DNA of 64,000 bases, taken from NCBI GenBank assembly GCA_049322915.1, contig JBMOPW010000045.1, forward strand, positions 1 to 64,000. Reading direction: 5' to 3'. Positions 60,101 to 64,000 of this stretch are shown here, one piece after another. The notes beneath the pieces were generated by a model. That model made no database searches. It was not told the origin of the DNA and was given only the letters and a program-made list of their open reading frames with translations. A program made the position numbers and the translations under genes. The DNA is from Candidatus Zhuqueibacterota bacterium. GTDB lineage: Bacteria > Zhuqueibacterota > Zhuqueibacteria > Thermofontimicrobiales > Thermofontimicrobiaceae. Each line of letters begins with the position of its first letter. The first letter of the stretch is position 1.

Positions 60101-61602
60101 ACAGAGGCGGTCGTCTCGTGAACGATGTCGGCCAGAATCATGCCGTAAGCGGAGAGCACCCCGGCGAATGGGTGGAGCAGGATGGATTTAATTCCGAGCG
60201 ACCGGGCGATGGAACAGGCGTGTTGCGCGCCGGCGCCGCCGAAGCAGACAAGCGTGTATTCCTGAATATTGAAGCCGCGCGCCACGGAAATTTCTTTGAT
60301 GGGCTTGCACATATTCTCATTGGCGATGCGAATGAAGCCCAGGGCAACCTGCTCCGGCGAATTGACCAGGCCGATCTTTCTCAAAATATCCTGGCTGAAT
60401 TCCCGAAATTTGGTCAAGACAATATCGCCATCCAGCGGCAAATTGTGGTCTGGTCCGAAGACCGCCGGAAAGAATTCAGGGATAATGCGGCCCAACAGAA
60501 GATTGGCGTCAGTGATGGCCAGTGGCCCGCCGTTGCGATAACATGCCGGGCCCGGCGATGCCCCGGCGCTATCCGGGCCAACGGACAGTTTCAGTCCATC
60601 AAAATGAAGGATCGAGCCGCCGCCTGCGGCCACGGTAATCACATGAATCATCGGCGATTGAATGCGGACGCCGGCCGTTTCCGACTCGTACACTTTCTCG
60701 ACGTGGCCATTTTCGAAGCGCGAGACATCCGTGGATGTGCCGCCCATATCAAATCCGATGGCCTTTTCAATGCCGAGCGTTTTAGCGATGTGAGCGTACC
60801 CGATCACGCCGCCGGCCGGGCCGGAAATAATTGCATCCTTCGCAGTGAAGGAATCGGCGGCGATGAGGCCCCCGCTGGACTTCATAAATTTTAATGGAAT
60901 AGTCCCGGTGTGCCGGCGAATGTGTCCGATATATTTTTGCAGGATTGGATTCAAGTAGGCATCGACGGTGGCGGTGTCCCCGCGACAGACAATCTTCTGC
61001 ACGCGCATGGTTTCCGAAGAGACAGAAATTTGTTCGAAACCGATTTGCCGCGCAACGTGAGCAACCTGTTTTTCGTTAGCATCATTTCGATATGAGTTGA
61101 GAAAGACAATGGCCAGCGAGGAGTAGCCCTCAGCGAAGACGTCGCGCAGTTGGCGTTCAATTTCCGCCTCGTCCGGGCGAGTCAGGATATTGCCGCGACA
61201 GTCTGTTCGCTCGTCAACTTCAATAACGCGCTGGTACAGGAGGCCTGGCTTACGGATGTTCAACTCGAATAATTTGGGTCGCGATTGGTATCCAATGGCA
61301 AGGATGTCGCGGAATCCACGGGTTGTCACAAGGCAGACTGGAACGCCTTTTCGTTCCAGCAGCGCGTTTGTAGCGACAGTCGTGCCCATTCGAATGGAGT
61401 CGATGGACTGATTCGAAATGCATTCCTGCCGGGAGAGATTCAAAAGGAGGTAGAGCGCATGAATGGCAGCATCGTCATATTCCCCGGGATTTTCAGAGAG
61501 AAGTTTGCATGTGATAATTTCTCCGCTGGGGGATTTCGCAACAACATCGGTGAAGGTGCCGCCACGATCCATTCCGAAGAGCCATTGATTCTGTTTTTGC
61601 AT
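57175..61602 (-). CDS. ATP-dependent 5-oxoprolinase (hydantoinase A+B fused) with C-terminal DUF1445 (YcsI/D-glutamate cyclase-like) domain
   Basis: [39 protein letters not shown] and TPGGGG; then [37 protein letters not shown] and [10 protein letters not shown]. Confidence 0.9.
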   Translation of the reverse strand: MQKQNQWLFGMDRGGTFTDVVAKSPSGEIITCKLLSENPGEYDDAAIHALYLLLNLSRQECISNQSIDSIRMGTTVATNALLERKGVPVCLVTTRGFRDILAIGYQSRPKLFELNIRKPGLLYQRVIEVDERTDCRGNILTRPDEAEIERQLRDVFAEGYSSLAIVFLNSYRNDANEKQVAHVARQIGFEQISVSSETMRVQKIVCRGDTATVDAYLNPILQKYIGHIRRHTGTIPLKFMKSSGGLIAADSFTAKDAIISGPAGGVIGYAHIAKTLGIEKAIGFDMGGTSTDVSRFENGHVEKVYESETAGVRIQSPMIHVITVAAGGGSILHFDGLKLSVGPDSAGASPGPACYRNGGPLAITDANLLLGRIIPEFFPAVFGPDHNLPLDGDIVLTKFREFSQDILRKIGLVNSPEQVALGFIRIANENMCKPIKEISVARGFNIQEYTLVCFGGAGAQHACSIARSLGIKSILLHPFAGVLSAYGMILADIVHETTASVLLTCSAGNMAALLPMFEAMEQPLRDQVCAEGISSDQIHIRRYLDIRPLGTDTAETVLFDSYESCLARFFEQYERHYGFRTDSDLEIVNIRSEVIGVQPKPEEAESVCIPRVLTAPDAAQFHKVYFEDGWNHQTPVFMRDQLKPGDELAGPAVIVEPNSTILVEPDFKARVNSRGHILLEHDASSMKQRRIGIQRDPVMLEIFNNLFMSIAEQMGRALQRTAFSVNIKERLDFSCALFDPGGGLVANAPHIPVHLGAMGESVAFIIEQNKNTLAPGDVFVTNDPYHGGSHLPDVTVVTPVFDELRQLIFCVASRGHHADIGGITPGSMPPFSTCLAEEGVVITNFKLVAGGVFDESGITRALSTGPYPARNIAERLSDLRAQVAANVRGVQELKKLIREYGLEVVQAYMQYVQDNAEKAMRNAIAQLPDGVHQATDSLDDGTQLRVAIHIHGNAAEIDFTDTSPQTSTNLNAPQAVVRSAILYVFRTLIEDNVPLNAGCFKPLKINIPHGSVLNPRPGAAVAGGNVETSQRIVDVLFLALQKAAASQGTMNNFTFGEQGFGYYETIAGGAGAGAHFDGADAVHTHMTNTRITDPEVMEHRYPEISVQKFAIRPNSGGKGHYCGGNGVVRQIKFHESRLISLLTERRKFAPYGLHGAESGAPGRNVLLKPDGRQVPLAGKVQLRGQAGDTVSIETPGGGGYNLTDDELAIMPPGEMRRLIRLERWQQPTAGLCAGHAQMNLLVLPKQYAADFEQFCRLNPRPCPLLERLAPGDPLSRFLAPGADIRTDIPQYRIHAKSSRHRDVLHIREYWSEDLVAFLLGCSFTFEAALIQAGIPVRHVELHKNVPMYTTNIRCQSAGPFRGKMVVSMRPMTMKQARQAFHITASYPSVHGTPLCRQPENFKTLITRPGELGINDIHRPTFGDAVPIARDEVPVFWACGVTSQLAAAGARLDFFISHSPGHMFISDRKNDELRSS

Positions 61603-61707
61603 GGCGCCAATATAAAGAATTTATTCCGGAAAAACAAGAAAAGAGTTGTTATTTTTATCTGAATATTTTATATTTACAAGGCACTGTCTGATTAATCAAG
61701 CAAAGGA

Positions 61708-61905
61708 ATGTATATGAATTTTGAAATGAAAAAGAAATTTGATAAAAACAGTATTCGGGGAATTATTTACTCACTGATTTCTCTGGCTGGTTTGAGTTAC
61801 GAGCTTTTTTTCTCTGTTCAGGTTCGGGCATTTTTGATCGTCATGTATAGTTTTACCCTGGCGATTGGATTGCTTTATTTGCTGTTCCTCAAGGAGCAAC
61901 ATTGA
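61708..61905 (+). CDS. Small two-TM membrane protein
   Basis: 65 aa, two hydrophobic helices, AAGGA RBS. Confidence 0.5.
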   Translation: MYMNFEMKKKFDKNSIRGIIYSLISLAGLSYELFFSVQVRAFLIVMYSFTLAIGLLYLLFLKEQH

Positions 61906-61921
61906 CACATGGAGAAAAGGT

Positions 61922-63058
61922 ATGCATAAAAGAAACATCTTTTTTTTGATGGGCCTGGTCGGTTTGTGGTTCATCCTGAGCCTGGGCTGCGCACAAGTCG
62001 AGATCACCTCTGCGTTGATCTATCTGTCGCAGCCTGGATCTACGGATAAAGCAATGAAACAGTTGGAAATCGCCCTGGCAAAGGATTCGACCAATGCGGA
62101 CGCTCATTTATTGATGGGTGTCTGTTATGGCAATCTGAAGCAATTCTCCAGAATGAATGACGAATTCGACATAGTGACACGATTGTCCGCCAGTTCCAAA
62201 ATCGACAGCCAAAAATTTGCGGATAGAATAATGGGTTTTCGAGATGATTTTTGGCAACAGTATTTTGACATTGGCCTGGAATTGATATCCTCGAAAATGA
62301 TGGCCAATGCTGAAATTGCCTTTTGGAATTGCACACTCATTGATTCCACTCGTCCGGAAGCGTATATCAACCTGGCAATTATCGAGGAGGAAAATGATAA
62401 TTTTGAAGCATCCCTGAAGCATTATGAGATTGCCTTTAAAAATAACAAAGAGAATGTGGATCTGGCGTTTTACATTGCATCGTTATACTCCCGGGGAAAA
62501 AAGTATGATAAGCTCCTGGATATTATGGATCAGTTATTGAAGATAGAGCCAAAAAATTCAGAAGCATTGGCTCAAAAAGCGATTGCTCATGATTGCCTGG
62601 GCGATATCGAACAGGCCATTTCATCGTATGAAAAAGCAATCGTATATTTACCGAACGATTCGGAATTGTTGTACAATTTAGGACGGTTGCACTTTTTGAA
62701 TGAGCACTATGAAAACGCAGTGGCGGTGCTAAATAAAGTGTGGGAGTTGGATTCAACCGATGTCCAAACCAGCTACCTACTGGGAATTTCCAGCCTCAAT
62801 CTCGGCGAAATAGCATTGCAGCAAATGAGCGAAAACGACTCGTTGGCCTCATGTGTGGATGTCCAGACTGATTCTATTTTGGTGGAGCGCGCGACATCTC
62901 ATTTCACGGACTCGGTTTATTTTCTGAAAAAATCGGCGCAAATGGATCCTGGCAATGCCGATGTGTGGAATCACCTTGGGGTAGCCTATTTGTATATCGG
63001 AGCGAAACGAGAGGCCGAAGAAGCATTCGCACGCGAGAAGGCTTTGGAGAAAAATTAA
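61922..63058 (+). CDS. Tetratricopeptide-repeat (lipo)protein
   Basis: LSLGC lipobox-like; repeated TPR motifs (AYINLA, LLYNLG, VWNHLG); start placed at ATG 61922. Confidence 0.85.
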   Translation: MHKRNIFFLMGLVGLWFILSLGCAQVEITSALIYLSQPGSTDKAMKQLEIALAKDSTNADAHLLMGVCYGNLKQFSRMNDEFDIVTRLSASSKIDSQKFADRIMGFRDDFWQQYFDIGLELISSKMMANAEIAFWNCTLIDSTRPEAYINLAIIEEENDNFEASLKHYEIAFKNNKENVDLAFYIASLYSRGKKYDKLLDIMDQLLKIEPKNSEALAQKAIAHDCLGDIEQAISSYEKAIVYLPNDSELLYNLGRLHFLNEHYENAVAVLNKVWELDSTDVQTSYLLGISSLNLGEIALQQMSENDSLASCVDVQTDSILVERATSHFTDSVYFLKKSAQMDPGNADVWNHLGVAYLYIGAKREAEEAFAREKALEKN

Positions 63059-63100
63059 CCATTACGCATTCATAATTCCAATCTAAAATCGAGAGGTGAA

Positions 63101-64000
63101 ATGAACAAAATTGCAGTCAGCTTTTTTCTCATATTCGCCACCTTGATTTTCGCCCAAAACGCGTGGAAAGGCAGCGTTGAATTCAAAGACGGCATCACCT
63201 GTGTCCACAATCCCATACAGGGCATGTGGGATAATGATCCATCCAAAAAACTGACGCTCGAACAAATATTTTCTGTGGGAAGTTTGAACGCGGACGATGA
63301 CTACCTGTTTTCGTGGGTGCAGGACATCACGACCGATTCGGCAGGAACCATTTACGTCTGCGATTCCCAGGAGCACCGCATTCAGGTGTATAATAAATCA
63401 GGAGAATATATACGGACAATCGGGCGCCAAGGCCAGGGCCCGGGAGACCTGATGCGGCCAATGGCAGTACGCGTCGGACCCGATGGCCGTATATATGTCC
63501 AGGATGATTTGAATTATCGGGTTTCCATCTTTAAATCCAACGGCAAGTTTGATCACAGTTTTCGGTATGAACGTTTTGCTGGTGCAAATTTGGAAATTGA
63601 TCCTGATGGAAATGTGCTGCTGAGCATGTTTGGAGAAAACAAAGAAAATAACGCCCCTCCAATTGTTACAGGATATAATTTAAAAGGAAAGACTGTCAGG
63701 CAGTTCGGCGAGCCGCTGTTGTTGCTAGAAAAGGATGGTTATGGGAAACCATACTACGACTCTAACGGTTTCACATTCCTGAAGGATGGAGTTTTACTGG
63801 TCGAATTCAATTCTTCATATATACTGCATTTTTATCTGAATCAAAAACTAATAAAGGTTGTTGATAGGAAAAGTGATATTTTCACAAAGCCAGAAATTAT
63901 CGAAACAATTTTTAAGGCAAGTACAGGGGAAGGTAGTAAGGTGAAATCAGTATTAGCACGAAGCAGAATTTGGAAAGCTTTCCCATTGCCTTCTGGCCGA
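63101..64000 (+). CDS. Exported 6-bladed (NHL-like) beta-propeller protein, truncated by the window end
   Basis: Not in the ORF track; manual translation MNKIAVSFFLIF...DSAGTIYVCDSQEHRIQVYNKSGEYIRTIGRQGQGPGDL; GAGGTG RBS. Confidence 0.85.
   Translation, partial: MNKIAVSFFLIFATLIFAQNAWKGSVEFKDGITCVHNPIQGMWDNDPSKKLTLEQIFSVGSLNADDDYLFSWVQDITTDSAGTIYVCDSQEHRIQVYNKSGEYIRTIGRQGQGPGDLMRPMAVRVGPDGRIYVQDDLNYRVSIFKSNGKFDHSFRYERFAGANLEIDPDGNVLLSMFGENKENNAPPIVTGYNLKGKTVRQFGEPLLLLEKDGYGKPYYDSNGFTFLKDGVLLVEFNSSYILHFYLNQKLIKVVDRKSDIFTKPEIIETIFKASTGEGSKVKSVLARSRIWKAFPLPSGR

Overview
Bacterial chromosomal window. An FCB-group organism such as candidate division KSB1 or a Calditrichota relative is inferred from six T9SS-type C-terminal sorting domains, cohesin/dockerin modules and gene order. 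(1) 1-22.6 kb, + strand: the tail of a surface-polysaccharide locus (Wzx flippase, Wzy/O-antigen-ligase-like protein, two deacetylase-like proteins, O-acetyltransferase). It also carries an adenylating ligase, ACP, AsnB and a NadE paralog, three related SGNH-like proteins, a TonB-dependent receptor and two cohesin-bearing T9SS-type proteins, one with a dockerin. The first ~10 kb is visibly AT-richer than the rest. (2) 22.7-28.5 kb, - strand: two FN3/T9SS proteins behind a sigma54/IHF-like promoter, and a large GH13 enzyme. (3) 28.8-46.3 kb, - strand housekeeping: tRNA-Phe, PTS IIB/IIA, hprK, hpf, xerC, topA, DUF494, secA, nusB, ilvE, MBL hydrolase, PPIase, recJ, RNase P RNA and a zinc-ribbon protein whose leader has a classical attenuator layout. 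(4) 47-64 kb: a lipoprotein built only of 17 SH3b domains, isochorismatase, methyltransferase, an SbcC/Rad50 ATPase with no adjacent SbcD plus an Smr protein, an HTH protein, a Zn dehydrogenase, a 5-oxoprolinase fused to DUF1445, a TPR protein and a truncated beta-propeller gene. No CRISPR array, transposase, reverse transcriptase or prophage was seen. All product calls come from motifs read by eye; no searches were run.
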